Origin: Gammaproteobacteria bacterium
GTDB lineage: Bacteria; Pseudomonadota; Gammaproteobacteria; JABABF01
Direction: 5' to 3'
Length of the DNA: 64,000 nucleotides
NCBI GenBank assembly: GCA_965237805.1
Contig: OZ250153.1
Location: forward strand, 1,588,382-1,652,381
This document shows positions 63,130 to 64,000 of this stretch, piece after piece. The notes beneath the pieces are model-generated. The model saw only the letters and a program-made list of their open reading frames with translations. It searched no databases and had not been told where the DNA came from. The translations under genes and the position numbers were made by a program. Position 1 is the first letter of the stretch; each line of letters opens with the position of its first letter.

Positions 63130-63181
63130 CCTACGGGCTGAACAGGACTATCACCCTACGCACGGGATGGTCGGTAGTGGC

Positions 63182-63850
63182 TCAGTTTAATTTGTCGGCC
63201 AAAGCCGCGATGTCCTCTAGGCTCCAAAGGCGCTTTGACACCCCGGCTTCCATCGCCGGGCTGTACCGCAGGGTGCCGTGGATGCGGGCGAAGTTGTAGT
63301 GCATGTAGTGCAGGCTGATGGCGTGGGCGTGGTTCTCAAGCTTCTTTGAGAAGGCGTTAGTCAGCCGAGCGAAGCGCCGCATGGACATGCGCATCGTGAG
63401 GTTCTGGCGCTCTACATAAGAGGTTGAGACATCCGCCCGCCGTGGACGGCCTGTAACAGCCCGCTTCCTAGCGCCCACGCACTGCGCGGGGCTGTAGCGC
63501 CGCTCTGCAGCCTTGTCCGGTGCTGCTCCATACAACTTGACTAGCTGGGCGTAGTCGATGTCACTCCCAAAGGCTCCGGCCACGGCATCTAGGTAGGCTC
63601 CGTGGCCGTCAGTTGTCAGCTGCACACGCCCCGACAGCCGCTCGGCGAGGTCGTCCATGAAGCGGTTAGCGGCATTTGCGTTGCGCGGCCCAACATGCCA
63701 GCAGGGCACCAGCTTGGTGTCAGCGCAGATGGCTACCCATGTCCAGACATCGCCCAGCCCAAACTCGCCGCGCCTGTCTGGCGGCAGGTTTCGCTGCTTG
63801 GCATAGACGAAGCTCCAAATCTCGTCGCACTCCACGCGCTTGCAAGGCAA
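63182..63850 (-). mobile_element. IS1-family transposase gene remnant (catalytic InsB-like part; N-terminal DNA-binding part missing)
   Basis: DDE-region motifs [22 protein letters not shown] and [27 protein letters not shown]. The frame is closed by TAG at 63863-63865, with only a TTG at 63850. A degenerate IR-like GGGATGGTCGGTAG lies at 63164-63177. Confidence 0.8.
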
Positions 63851-63929
63851 TTCCCGCAGGCGCTATACTCAAGTGTGGTATAGTGATTGACCCGTCTTCT
63901 TCGATGCGCCCACACAGCCTCAACCAGTG

Positions 63930-64000
63930 ATGAAATACGCCATATGGAACAACAAGGGAGGGGTGGGCAAGACTTTCCTTACTTTTGCGCTGGCCACCTT
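63930..64000 (+). CDS. ParA/Soj-like P-loop ATPase, 3'-partial (runs off the window end)
   Basis: MKYAIWNNKGGVGKTFLTFALAT carries the deviant Walker A KGGVGKT at the N-terminus. Confidence 0.5.
   Translation, partial: MKYAIWNNKGGVGKTFLTFALAT

Noticed and set aside
62990-63180. GC-rich, hairpin-prone non-coding stretch considered as a structured RNA (5S-like 3' end CGAAAGTAGGTCGCC on the minus strand, group II intron domain V/VI, riboswitch)
   Set aside because: It lacks the conserved cores: no CCGAAC loop for 5S, no AGC...GNRA...34-nt domain V, and no riboswitch boxes. It is better explained as the interior and right end of the IS1-type MITE.

Overview
High-GC proteobacterial chromosomal window; the gene order purL, secDF, suhB/trmJ, xseA looks gammaproteobacterial. 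All function calls come from motif recognition by eye on the ORF track and raw sequence. No searches were run.

Main content, in order:
1. Housekeeping genes at 1-8.3 kb, plus a secreted S8 subtilase with a dockerin-like C-terminus.
2. A ~22.3-kb gene (8640-30952) of ~74 tandem 93-97-aa Ig-like domains with nested higher-order repeats. It has a signal-like N-terminus, a possible cohesin-like N-terminal module and two C-terminal dockerin/EF-hand-like modules. Its frame is broken at two indel clusters.
3. A 5'-truncated rmlD, xseA, and a lipid/steroid-type catabolic block (acyl-CoA synthetase, SDRs, DUF385, HtrA, acyl-CoA dehydrogenase (ACAD), ThDP enzyme, frameshifted aldehyde dehydrogenase (ALDH)).
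4. A ~2.9-kb AT-rich degenerate island (MBL-fold, P63C and IS1595 remnants) bracketed by direct repeats of the ALDH 3' end.
5. A 23S-5S rRNA operon with no 16S upstream.
6. A frameshifted sulfotransferase, then a CYP51-type P450 and a 3Fe-4S-type ferredoxin in the same frame, separated by one TGA. Intact and truncated DUF2235 paralogs bracket this pair.
7. An IpdAB/IpdC/FadE-like (steroid ring C/D type) cluster.
8. An IS1-type MITE that supplies the stop codon of the last ACAD, a 5'-truncated IS1-family transposase, and the start of a ParA-like gene.

The many frameshifts and remnants mean either an error-prone repeat assembly or a genome accumulating pseudogenes.
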